From NCBI GenBank assembly GCA_976551045.1, contig CDPCPM010000059.1:4774001-4838000 (forward strand): a DNA stretch of 64,000 nucleotides. Reading direction: 5' to 3'. The notes under the pieces were generated by a model, which did not search any database, had not been told where the DNA came from, and saw only the letters and a list, made by a program, of their open reading frames with translations. The stretch is from Glaucostegus cemiculus (lineage: Eukaryota). Made by a program: the position numbers and the translations under genes. Below, in pieces: positions 1 through 11,639 of the stretch (position 1 is its first letter; each line of letters begins with the position of its first letter).

Positions 1-578
1 ATGTCAAAAAGCCAATTAGAAATGAGCAAAGCAGTAGGCATTGAAGCAGTTAAGTCACAACATGCCCCAGGGACACATACAAGCCCCATCAAAAAATTCC
101 ATGTAGCTATCCAAAAATACAAGCTCTATTGTCTGGACTAAATTAGGATTCCATGTTTTAAAGCAAGTAGGTTGCATTGCCAGATCTTATGACATTTCCA
201 ATACTCACTTGTATTATGTTTTCTTGCAGGTTTAATTATGCTCTCACCTGTGAATTCAACTCCAGCTCAGATTAAACAGGTCTCCTCGAGGAAGTACAAG
301 TTGAATGTCATGAGAACATAATCAGTTTAGGATTTCTCTCCAAGTCACGCAGTGTCTTAACTTGGATATGTATCACTGTTTCTTCATCAGTGCTGGGTCA
401 ACATCCTGAATTCCTGCCTCAGCCTCATGTGGAAAGCCCACAATTTCTGCTACGTCAAGAAACGGACTAGTCATCACCATTGCATTGGAAATACATGGAG
501 CTGTGCCAACATTACCAACGTCCCAAGAACAAACATCAAATAGGGAAATGGCCACTGAAAATTTTAATCCATTTCTTA

Positions 579-1088
579 ATAAGACCACAAGATATAGGAA
601 CAGAATTAGGCCATTCAGCCCATCAAGTCTGTTCCGCCATTCAACCAAGGCTTGATTTTTGTCTCTCAACCCAATTCTCCTGCATTCTCCCAGTAACCCT
701 TACCCACCACCACCCCCCCACCCCGAACCAATCAAGAATCAATCTGCCTTAAATACACCCAAATTGGCCTTCACAGCTCTTCATGGCAACAAATTCCACA
801 GATTCACCACCCTCTGTCTGAAGAAATTCCTCCTCGTCTCAGTTCTAAAAGGGACGTCCCATTATTCAGAGTTGTGCCCTTGAATCCTAGACTCTCCTAC
901 TAATGGAAACGTCCTCTCCACATCCACTCTACTTTTACTATTCAGTAGGTTTTAATGAGATCCCCTCTCATCCTTCTGAAATCCTTCAAGTATATGCTCA
1001 GAGGCATCAAACATCCCTCAGATGTTAAGCCTTTCATTCCCGGGATCATTCTTGTGAACCTCCTGTGGACCCTCTCCGGGGCCAGCAT
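579..1088 (-). mobile_element. CR1 LINE 3' fragment
   Basis: Plus strand begins gatataggaacagaattaggccattcagcccatc, the reverse complement of a chondrichthyan CR1 3' UTR. It continues into decayed ORF2 C-terminal sequence and ends at a VHRRFTRMIPG-like motif on the minus strand. Confidence 0.8.
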
Positions 1089-2487
1089 GAGGGTCTGCAA
1101 AATTAAAGTGTTCAAACTGTGGCAACATCTAGGTCAAGAATTGATTTGCAGGGTATTAATTTTATAGGTGCAACACAAGTGCCATTATATCTAAAGTGAG
1201 GGACAGTATGGACTGGCAAATTCCATACCAGAAGGATGCAATACATTAATTATTCTCCCCTTCCGAGGTTGATTTGTGTGTTTGGCTTACTAATGTGCAT
1301 ATGATCTTAATATTGGTTCAAGATGATTCCAAGTAGCTAAAATAATTAAAGGTAAACTTTTTGATCTATATCAAATAAACTATAAAGTTTGTTATACGAT
1401 ACAGTTCTTAATTAACACTGGTGAATTCCATTTGGGACAAACCATGTAACCTCCCTATGATAAGTCAGGAAGACACCGAGTGATGTGCCTCATTGTCACT
1501 GTGGCCTGATGGAACCACCAAGGGTTGAAAAGGAAATTCTGAAGCTTTTACCCCCCCCCTGTATTACCAGAGGGTTAAAGAGAATTACATATGTCTAGAA
1601 ATTTATTTTGACTTTTTTGGTGTGCTAAAACATCATTGCCAGTTGTGTGGCTGCACAATTTGGTCCCCAAAAGACTGCAAAACTGATTCAAAAATGTGGG
1701 TGCAACAGCATTAATTTGGATCTCACCTGAAAAGATGCGTTGAATGGCAAGGTGCACAGGTCCAATCAACAGCAGTATTATTACAAGGCTGGTCTTAAAA
1801 TGCGTCAGCCCTTAAAGGCACAATGCCCACAGCAGCCAATCATGAGTAGCACTCGGGCTTCCATGGGGGGAGGGATGCTGCAGGGGAAAGGGTCTTCACA
1901 ATTGTCACTTACTGTGTATCCTCTCCCAGGGTCAGCTGCCATCCCAGGGTCTGCACTCACACCACTCCACCCAATCCTACTTTAATATCGTCTTCTTGTG
2001 ATCCTGCTGGCAGATTACATGGCTACTTTTTGCTTTGAGATTTGGAGAGATCAGGATGCTCAATTCATATACACTTGCATTTTTTTTCCTTTATTCTTTC
2101 AGAACACGTGAACATCGATGGAATTAATTGCCAATCCTGAACTTCCCACTCAGATTCCTGTGGCATGATCTTTAATCCAAACAAGATTATTTTCTCATCA
2201 GTTACATTCTCCCAAATGTTTTTTTGCAACTAGCTTGAGCATTTAGGAATGTGCATGAGCAGTCTCCAGGCAGTTCTGGAGCTACCTTGTGATGTGTCTT
2301 GATATCAGCAAAGTGACCTTCTTAATGGCAACTAAATGAAGAACACAGCATGCTGTGCTCCTTGTGCTTGTAGCTGTTGAACAACAGTTATTGTCCAGAC
2401 CTGGCAGCTCCAATTTATGGAACAAAGCTTTCAAACAAACATGCACCACAACTGGCATCATGAGGTGCATGCCTGACTCTGAAAAAA

Positions 2488-2779
2488 AAAGATATTTATC
2501 AGTCACATGTACATTGAAACACACAGTGAAATGCATCCTTTTGCGTTACTGAGAATGTGCTGGGGGCAGCCCGCAAGTCTCACCACAGTTCCGGCACCAA
2601 CATAGCATGATCACAGATCCTAACCTGTACGTCTTTGGAATGTGGGAAGAAACCAGAGCACCCAGAAGAAACCCACATAGACACAGGGAGAATGTACAGA
2701 CTCCTTACAGACAGCAGCGGTAATTGAACCTGAGTCACTGATGCTGTAACAGCGTTGTGCTAACCGCTAGACTACTGCA
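2488..2779 (-). mobile_element. V-SINE, type A (tRNA-like head, V-domain, Rex1-like tail)
   Basis: Minus strand shows a B-box-like ggttcaatt, the V-domain ttctccctgtgtctatgtgggtttcttctgggtgctctggtttcttcccacattccaaaga, and the tail catttcactgtgtgtttcaatgtacatgtgactgataaa. Siblings lie at 26216 and 47333. Confidence 0.85.
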
Positions 2780-3104
2780 TCTCCATATATCCAAATGTGG
2801 TTTGTTTCCTGTTCAGCTTCACGATTTCGCACAGACAATGTTGCAAATATGATTTACTCCAGGTAGAGCAGATGTTGGATCAGTAGCTCTGAAAGCAACA
2901 GCCCCATACAATCAACTTAACAGACCATAGAATCTACATCACTGGAGCAGGTCATTCAACCTGATTGGTCTGTGGTGGCATTCTTAACTTATGAGCACCT
3001 TCTCCTACATCCAACCCTGTTGCAAATGACTTCTTAAGATCCTATAGTGAAGCTACATGACTTTTTTTGGCCAGGGTATTTGATACTCAGTTGCTGTTTT
3101 ATAA

Positions 3105-3560
3105 ATTCTCTCATGGGATGTGAGTGTCACTGGGAAAACCAGCACTTTTTCCTCATCCTGTCCTATCAACTTAGTAACCTGATAAGCCATTTTAAAAATG
3201 GTTAAGGCTCAGCCACGTTCTGTGGTATTGGAGTCACGTACAAGCCAGGTACAGACAGCAGATTTCCTCCTGACAGATTTTAGTGGGCCAGATGGGTTTT
3301 TGACAATCTGACTGTTTCATGCTAAAGGGATCAAAGGTTCTAGGAAGAAAGTGGGAACTGGATCCTGAAGTGATTGTGCTGAAAAGTGGAATTCCTGCTA
3401 CCGTCTTCTATGTTTCTCTGTTTCATAGTCACCATTGCTTTTACAAGTTTCTATTTACTGTGTACAATTTAATTAGCTTGACTGATATTCCTTAGGTATC
3501 ATGCTGAGGTTCAAATGTACTCCTGATCTTTAGTCCAAGGCTCCGGATTATTAGCCCAAG
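3105..3560 (-). mobile_element. Old tRNA-derived SINE (type C), interrupted by a CR1 tail
   Basis: Aligns by eye with copies at 33895, 34660 and 46530 (aaaacccatctggcccactaaaatc...ggaaatctgctgtc on the minus strand). The tail resembles the LINE end at 59100-59170. Confidence 0.6.
3321..3417 (+). mobile_element. Short CR1 3' tail with 9-bp flanking direct repeat
   Basis: Sequence gctaaagggatcaaagg...cttctatgtttct, flanked by ctgtttcat at 3312-3320 and 3418-3426. Confidence 0.6.
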
Positions 3561-5169
3561 CAGATGGGATAAGCTTGACGGACCAGATATTCTTTTCCCG
3601 CCATCAATTTTTTTTTGTAATTGGATTTCCCACATAAGATTCCAACCTGTTCATTGCTTCACTTTGAGAAAATGTTTCACAAGCAGTAAACTAGTGGTAG
3701 TTACCATGATGGACATGGGACAGGGCAGTTTGGAGGCCCACTCCAGCACTACGTAAAGAGCTAAACTCCCCGAAACTACAAAAGGGAGTAAATAGAAACC
3801 ATAACAAGGAAGTAACTCAAACTAAAGCCCATTTGCCTCTGACTGTGACCACCTGATGTGAATAAACAAATAAGTGGCATTCTTTGCATGCACATCTATT
3901 CACGGCTATAAACTCAACGAACAAACTCTCAAACATCAATAATTCAGAAGGTAAAATGTCAACATCGGGCTCCTGCTTCATCAGTGCCCATTACTGGCAA
4001 TGGTGAATTACACACAAGTGCTGTTGCTTTGTCCAGCAGTTCCTTTCCTCAACATTGATACACACCCCAACACTACAGCTATATATTGGACTAAGTATCA
4101 ACATAATTCAGGATCCAGACTCTTTCCCACCTTCATTTGTTTCCACACAGTCATTACCTATGCTTAAGCCCAAAAACAATATATTTTGGGCACTAAGAGA
4201 GTCAGAGATATGGCAATTAGGTAGAAGAGTAAGCTTCAGGAACAGGAACAGCCACGATCTTGTTGGATGGCATAGCAACCTCAAAGGATCACATTAATGA
4301 CTACTACTTCTATTTCTGCTGTTTATGGCCTTCAAGCTCATTATAATCAATATTATTCCATTTTAATAAAGTTGAAATTTCAATTATTTCCAACCTCTGT
4401 GCCAGGGAAGAGACATCCAGAAAAAAAAAGTATAAAATTATAAAGTGAAACACATTTTGACAAAAATACTTCCGTGATTCACAAGCAATGCCATAAATGT
4501 TCTGTGGTTAATATTTTCTAGACACAAAATTTATTACTTCTTACAGATATAGAACAATGAACAAGTGAATGGTATCAAATGCAAAACATACATGAAATAT
4601 CTTGAAAAGAATGCTTTGATAGTTCTAAACTTTGATGTATGTGAGCGGTCCAGAGCTGGAGAGTAAAATAATCTCTATTGCATCATATAATTTATCTCTT
4701 AAGAAGAACTACGTCAGCATTTTCTAGTGTGGGGGTTAAGTGTCAGTAATTCATCATTGCAAATTCAGGATCAGATAACGTGACAAAAACTAATATGGGG
4801 ATTTTAACTTCCAATTTCTATATTTTTTCCTTGATATTCTGCAAAAACAAAAAAGCAGAAAATAAACAAAAATGAAGAACAAGAAATTGAAAGCAAATAG
4901 GAATTAAGTTGGGAAAAGAAAGGTAATAGGGAGATAAATAGCTGTGCATTCTAGATGGTATATTATGACAATGGTATTTGACAATTTTTTCCCCAATTCA
5001 ACACATGGTGTAGAACAGTCTCCATAACTTGTCTTGTTTTTGTACTTGTGAGAGCAGGAACTAGGGTATCAAGTACAGGAAATGTTATGAACAGGGAGAG
5101 CTGCCAACAACATTTATGTATAACCACATTTTTTGGACTAGTGTTTTTCTTAACAAGCGTAAATGTTTG

Positions 5170-5803
5170 TCTTTCTTTTTCAATCTTTTTTATTGATAAA
5201 GAATCAATACAGGTTAAGATATATAACAACAATGTTTACACATGTATTATAGAAATATCAAGTAACAATCGTAGGTAATCATAAAAAATGCAATAAAGTA
5301 TGATATATATAAAAGAAAGTTCCAACATCTCTCAGTTCATAAGTGTAATGTAAAAGATAGAAAAGAAAAAGATTTATATAAATAGAAAAAACAAAAAAAA
5401 ACAAAATCAATAAAAAATCATAATAATAGAGTAAATTAAACTGAAAATGAATTTAATAAAAAAAGAAACAAAACAAGGAAAAAAAACTGGGCTAAAATTT
5501 TCAATAGAAATAGAACAATATGATGTCATCAGCTCAGTTTCTCTGAATTTAAAAAAAGTTATAGAAGGGGAAACTACATCACGTGAAAGTATTGAATAAA
5601 TGGACTCCAAATAGCTTCAAATTTAAGTGAAGAATCAACAGTACCACTCCTAATTTTTTCCAAATTAAGACATGATATAGTTTGAGAGACCCATTGAAAG
5701 GTGGTAGGGGGTATTGGATCCTTCCATTTAAGCAGAATGGCTCATTTGGCCATCAATGTAACAAAAGCAATCATACGGTTAGCAGAAGCAGGTAAATGGC
5801 CAG
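5170..5803 (-). mobile_element. 5'-truncated L1-clade LINE (ORF2 C-terminus plus 3' UTR) with 17-bp TSD
   Basis: Minus strand translates GHLPASANRMIAFVTLMAK*AILLKWKDPIPPTTFQWVSQTISCLNLEKIRSGTVDSSLKFEAIWSPFIQYFHVM*, matching the fish L1 ORF2 C-terminal pattern. The tail is aataaaaaagattgaaaaagaaaga. Identical acaagcgtaaatgtttg flanks it at 5153-5169 and 5804-5820. Confidence 0.9.
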
Positions 5804-6084
5804 ACAAGCGTAAATGTTTGGATCTCATTTTTTTTTTATATATATACACACACAAGTCTTTCTTTTGGGCAATTTCCACAAGGTTTCAGGTGCAGCTCAA
5901 GAAGCTGCAGACTTGTTCCCTAAATTCTTTCTTAGGTCTCTCGAATTCTGTAACTCCTTTATCTCCCTCCCTCCACTTCTGCTTTAATCTCCACAAGAGG
6001 TTTTCTGACTAATATTCACCCCTCTCCCTCCACCCCATCAACTTTCGCATTTACTTCTCTCCTGCCCCTTTCAAACTTAACCAT

Positions 6085-6142
6085 ATCCTGTAATGTAAGT
6101 AATACTTGTATTGTAATACAAGTATTACTTACATTACAGGAT
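6085..6142. repeat. Perfect 28-bp inverted repeat with 2-nt spacer
   Basis: atcctgtaatgtaagtaatacttgtatt-gt-aatacaagtattacttacattacaggat; the arms are exact reverse complements. Confidence 0.95.
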
Positions 6143-6183
6143 TCTGTAATATTGTAATGGATTATCAGATCTCATTAGGCACA

Positions 6184-6361
6184 GGTTGTGGAGGCAGATA
6201 CATTAGGGACATTTAAGAGGCTCTTAGATAGACACATGAATGATAGAAAAATGGAGGGCTATGTGGGAGGGAAGGGTTAGATAGATCTTAGAGCAGGATA
6301 AAATGTCAGTACAACATTGTGGGCTGAAGGGCCTGTACTGTGCTGTAGTGTTCTATTATTC
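6184..6361 (+). mobile_element. Young CR1 3' end (HER1-like)
   Basis: Nearly identical to 30949-31120 and to the reverse complement of 16192-16360. It ends tgtgggctgaagggcctgtactgtgctgtagtgttcta. Confidence 0.9.
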
Positions 6362-6364
6362 CAT

Positions 6365-6650
6365 TGATGTTTGTAGGGGCTTGCTGTGCTTAGATTGGCT
6401 GTCATGTTTCCTACATTTCAACACTGCATTCTGTATTGTGTTCTATAATGCATTCTGTACTCTATTTCAACTGCATTCGGTATCGTTTTACCTTGCACTG
6501 TGTAATGAATTGATCTGTACGGGCAGTATGCAAGACAAGTTTTTCACTGTACCTCTGTACAAGTGACAATAATAAACCAATTCCAGTGACTACACTTCAC
6601 AACCACTTCATTGGTTATTTTGGAACAGCTGAGGGCTGTGATTGGCCGTC
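6365..6650 (+). mobile_element. DeuSINE (SacSINE1/AmnSINE1-like) 3' part, split by a Rex1-like tail
   Basis: tgtttgtaggggcttgctgtgcttagattggctgtcatgtttcctacatttcaa joins to cagtgactacacttcacaaccacttcattgg once 6421-6583 is removed. This matches the recalled DeuSINE 3' region. Confidence 0.6.
6421..6584 (+). mobile_element. Rex1/Babar-like LINE 3' UTR tail
   Basis: tgtaatgaattgatctgta...caagtttttcactgtacctctgtacaagtgacaataataaaccaat is the same tail as the ORF-bearing copy at 62025-62790. Confidence 0.8.
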
Positions 6651-6852
6651 TAGATTCATAGACCTTTACCGCATGGAAACAGGCCCTTCATCCCAACGCT
6701 TCTAAAATTGCAAAACTCTCATTTAATTTTGGCCTCACAATCAGCCATCACCAAACTCAGTGTCCCTTGATCCCTTAGATCTCAGAATACAAAAGTATCT
6801 ACGTAAAGAGGTGCAGATAGAGCAGAATCTACTAATTACTGATAGTGACTGG

Positions 6853-7360
6853 ACATAGAACATAAAATAGTACAACGCAGGAACAGGTCCTTCAGCTCAT
6901 GATGTCTGCACTGACCATGATGCCAAATTAAATCTTTTCTGATCCGTATCACTCCATTCCCTGCATAGTCATGTGCTTATCTAAAAAGCCTCTATCTGCT
7001 TCCACCACTACCCCTGGCAGCCCGTTCCAGACACCCACCACTATGTAAAAAAAACTTGTTCTGCACATATCCTTTAAACTTTCCCACTCTCGATTGAGAT
7101 GCATGTCGTCTAGTATTTGACATTTCTATCCTGGGAAGAAAGTTCTGATCGTCTACCCTATCTATGCCTCTCATAATTTTATAAACTTCTATCAGGTCTC
7201 CCCTCAGCCTCCGATGCTCCAGAGAAAGCAACCCAAGTTTGTCCAACCTCTCCTTATAGGCTCATGCCCCCTAATCCAGGCAGCATCCTGGTGAACTTCT
7301 TTTGCACCCTTTCCAAAGCCTCCACATCCTTCCTGTAATGGGGCAACCAGAACTGCACAC
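6853..7360 (-). mobile_element. CR1 LINE 3' fragment
   Basis: ORF remnant DKLGLLSLEHRRLRGDLIEVYKIMRGIDRVD followed by a CR1 3' UTR. Confidence 0.9.
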
Positions 7361-7749
7361 TTTGCTTGGAACAGCATCAAAATACCAGTAAAATTATAAG
7401 ATAAAATATTGTTAATGATTTGACCAGCAATTGAAACAATCACTATAAATGCTTGATCATCTCAGTTGACTCCCATAATCTTCCTCTTTCAGCAATATTG
7501 ATTTGTCCCTATTCATTTAGTAGCTCAGCTGTTTAAAACATTAGGGTACAGCGAACAGCCAGCAAGTCAACACAGGAGCACAGCACAAGAAAAGAAAGCA
7601 ACACAAGATTCCAAAAATAGACAATGCTGAAAACATTCAGCAAGTTTGGAACACATTGTAAGTATTGGATCACTTCAGAAGACACTTCTCTGAAAAAAAA
7701 CTTTGCTAGCTATACATTGGACCATTAGTGGTCATACAGAAAGCTATGT

Positions 7750-8703
7750 GACCAGTGGTGTTGGTGCAGGGATCAATGCTCGGCCCCTTGTTGCTTGTGA
7801 TATACATGAACAACTTGGATGTGAATGTATGAGGTAGGATGAGTAAGTGTGCAGGTGACATGAAAGTTGATGGTGTTGCGTGGATAGCAAGGAAGGTTGT
7901 CTAAGCCTATAGCAGGATATAGATCAGATGGAAAGTCGGGCGAAGCATTGGTGATGGAATTTAATTCTGACAAGGGTGAGGTGATGTTTTGGGAAGTCGA
8001 GTAGGGGTAGGATTTGTAAAGCAAATAGTAGGGAATGTTGATGAACAGAAGGACTTCGGAGTTTCAGTCAATTGTTCCCTGAAAGGGGCAACACATGTAA
8101 ACAGGGTGGTCACAGTGGCATATAGCATGGTTGCCTTCATAGATCAGGCCATAGAATATAAAAGTTGGGATGTTGCAACTTTAGACTGCACTTAGAGAAC
8201 AGTGTGCAGTTCTGGTCACCACACCATAGGAAGGATGTGACTGCACTGAAGAGAGTGCAGAGGAGATTCACCAAGATATTACCTGGATTGGAGGACTTTA
8301 GTTATGGGGAGAGGTTAGATAGGCAGGGTTTGTTTTCCCTGGAGTGAACAAGGCTGAGGAGGTGACCTGTCAGAGGTATATAAAATTAGACAATGTCTAG
8401 ATAAGGGAGATAGGCAAATTCTTTTTCTCATGGTAGGGGGTATCAAAAACAAGAGGAAATAGATGCAAGGTGAGAGGAAGGGGTTTTAAAGAGGATCTGA
8501 GGGAACATTTTGTTTTATATCTGGAACTCACTGCCAGAGGAGGTAGTAGAGTCAGATACAATCATTGCATTTAGACAGGCACTTGAGTAGGCAAGGCATG
8601 GATGGACCAAAAGGCTCAATGGGAGTAGTGTAGGGGAAAAAGATCAGCACAGACATGGTGGGCTGAAGGGTCTGCTTCTGTGCTGTACAACTCTATGACT
8701 AAA
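7750..8703 (+). mobile_element. CR1 LINE fragment (RT C-half to 3' end), decayed
   Basis: QGSMLGPLL-like motif, then VQFWSPHHRKDVTALKRVQRRFTKILPGLEDFSYGERL. It ends tgggctgaagggtctgcttctgtgctgtacaactctatgact. Confidence 0.9.
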
Positions 8704-9574
8704 TGTAAGTTTATTTTCTGCTGTAAATTACATCACAAAATCATAAGCACAGGAGAAGACAAATCAACCTACTGCGCCTGTGATAGTTCTCAGAAAGAAC
8801 GGCAATATTACTCACCCTGATCTTTCCCTGAACCCACCAAATGTCTTTTATTGAGGTATCAAGTTAATACATCAGTATTTGTTGACAACGTGGCGTGGAT
8901 ACCTTCTGTTTAGTCCCATAGCTAGGTGAGTCCAAGATCTAATCAATTGGATCTGTGGTGTTCACTCCTTGTTGTCCCGCCCAAATCTAATGGAAAATCT
9001 ATGATGCTAAACTGCAAAACCACAAATTCAACGGCTAATGGGAATTCCCTCCTACAACGCACAACCTCCAAATTAACACCATTATAGTTAGGAGCAGTTT
9101 CGGAAAGTAGAATAGTAGCCAGACTCTGGAATAAGAGAATGAATGGCACTAAAGGAGCTCGGAAGGAAGCAAGTGGACAACCATAAAGACCACAGCAGGA
9201 AAATACAATGTCAGCAAAGAGGAAAGAGAATGGTTACAGAAACAGGAAAGCCAAAAGGGGCAACATGAAGTGGATAGCGATGATATAAAGAGAGGTAATG
9301 GCAGATGGTGAAAGCTGGTGTTTTTGGGAAAATAAACTAGTTAAATTAGCCTTAACTGGTAGGGCATAGGGATGGAGAGGGCCAACATTAATTAAGTGTT
9401 CCAATGTGAGTGATGGTTTGAGGGGAAAGAAAGAGCCAAGCTGAACTGGCAGTGGAGAGAAAAACTGTCAAAATTCTGAAGGTTGAAAGACAGTTACCAA
9501 AAAAAATCAACTGAACCAAACACAAATAGTGTGGTTACAAGGGCAGATCAGAAACGGAGTATCCTGTAGTGAGT

Positions 9575-10080
9575 GACTCACCCCCGACACCCCAAGGCTT
9601 ATCCACCATCTACAAGGCACGTCAGGGGAATGATGGAATAATTTCCGCACTATCTAGAACAGAGCAGCTCACTTGATTGGTGCTCCATTCACCACCATAA
9701 ACATTCATTCCCTCCACCACCAGCACACAGTGGCTGCAAGGTGTACAATTTACAAAATGTGTTGCAGTTAGGCTAGGCTACCTATTAGGAGCACCTAGGC
9801 TACTCCAACAACACTGCCCAAATCTGCAACCTAACCACAAGGGTTTCAGGAGTATGGGAACACTAGCACCAAGCAGCATATCATTGGAAATATTTTGCCA
9901 CTCCATCATCCGTGGATCTAACTCCCGTAACTCACTACCCAGCAGCAATGAGTGTACTATTGCCAGAAGGAGTGTAGCAATTTATAATGGTGGCTTACAA
10001 CCACTTCTCAAAGACAATTAGAGGTGCGCAGTAAAGCCTGATCTTGCCAGCAACTCACATATCCGGAAAAAAAGAATAAA
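9575..10080 (+). mobile_element. Old CR1-group LINE 3' fragment (family distinct from the HER1-like CR1s)
   Basis: Translates in pieces as LSTIYKA...LIGAPFTTINIHSLHHQHTVAARCTIYKMC. Siblings at 18380-18730 and 58760-59170 share the same 3' tail. Confidence 0.7.
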
Positions 10081-11639
10081 TGAAAACAAATTGTGCAAAA
10101 TCATTTGGAAACCTTTTTTTCTGGAGTTCCTGGTGAAACTACATATAAAAAAACCAGGAATCTCCCATGGAGATTCTACCATAATGACTCTATGCCATCT
10201 CAATAATCCAAAACTATACTGAATTTGGGTTTCTTAATAACTTACACTGCAATGAATCTTAGCACTGTCATTGTAGGACAATTGCATTGGATGACCCAAT
10301 TGAGTAAATGAACTTTGAACCAGGTCCCCAGTCATTGATGATCACATAAAAATAACCACATATGCTGAGAGGAAGATTGGACATTGTTGCACACAGCTAT
10401 GGTTAAATGGTTAAGACAACTAATCAGATACGGCACGATATTAACGATTAGGAAAGACAGACACCACATGAGAAAATTAAAGAATTAACCGTGATAGGCA
10501 ACCAGGAAGATCAGAAACAGGAACAGCAGCATGACCAGAAGAAAGTAGAGAATTAAACATGCCTGGGTCAATGATGGGTCAACTGGGAGATTAAACTTTC
10601 TGACTGCACCAGGCAACTAGAAACATCAAACAAGTGCATTAGATTCTCAAGGAGATCAGCAAAACAAATGTTTCACCAACAGCTAAAGTAATTTTTGCCA
10701 GAGTGCAGATGTTTGTTATCATGGGGAGGCCTAAAAGTAGTGATGTTCTGGCCCCATTATTCACCAGTTGTATCTTTCTTCAGCAGTTCCTCTGCACAGC
10801 ATTGTGCAGTCTCACTCCTGGAGAGACTGAACAGCCAGCGGCCAGAGGGAGGATATCAGAGGAACTGAAGGGAAAGGGCACCATTAGAGGCAGTTAGGAA
10901 TAGGGGGACAGAGGTACAGAGACAACATTGCAATGCGTGTGACAGGAAACAATGGTATGGTGTACAATAGTGCAATTAAGTAATTTCCCCCACTGCAGGG
11001 ACCATGTGTGTCCAAATTAAAGTAGTCTCACCTGAACTAAACTGAAATCTAACCTTTGCCTATTTTTGCACAGATTTGTTCTTAAGGCAGGAGCGGAGAC
11101 ATAAAAGAAATTGAAATAGATCCCAAACTTTCAGAACATCACACAGGTCAGTACCAGAGCACAGTAAGTAGAGATGGACTGGATAACTTCATGACTTACA
11201 CATTGCTTTACTTCCTCATGACTTCCTCATCTTTGTATAGTGGTTATTATTCAGTAGGATTCAGGAAATGAACAGGCACTTGCATCCAGATATTATTTCA
11301 TTTCTAAATTGCAAATTGACTCATTCATTCGCAATCTTTCTTAAAGTACATCAAGAACACAAGTAGCATTAACAGGTTAGAGTGACTGGCCCTTCAGTGC
11401 CTCCTGCTCTTCCCTACTCAACTGCCCATACATTCTGCATGTATGAACACACTAGTCGTGTATCAATTTCCAGGGTACTCTTCTCCACCTAGTGGTTAGC
11501 ATCATACCTGAAGTTTTAATCCACAACGTCACTAAGCACACTGACCATCTGTGTGACACTTACAAACCATTTCTCTTCCTCATCTACAAACTGCAATCTG
11601 TTAAAAGTTCAAACCACGCACATACTCATCACAAAATAT

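Noticed and set aside
248-554. Minus-strand segment with acceptor ttttcag and donor CAG/GTGAGA
   Set aside because: All three frames contain stops. It could only be a non-coding exon, for which there is no evidence.
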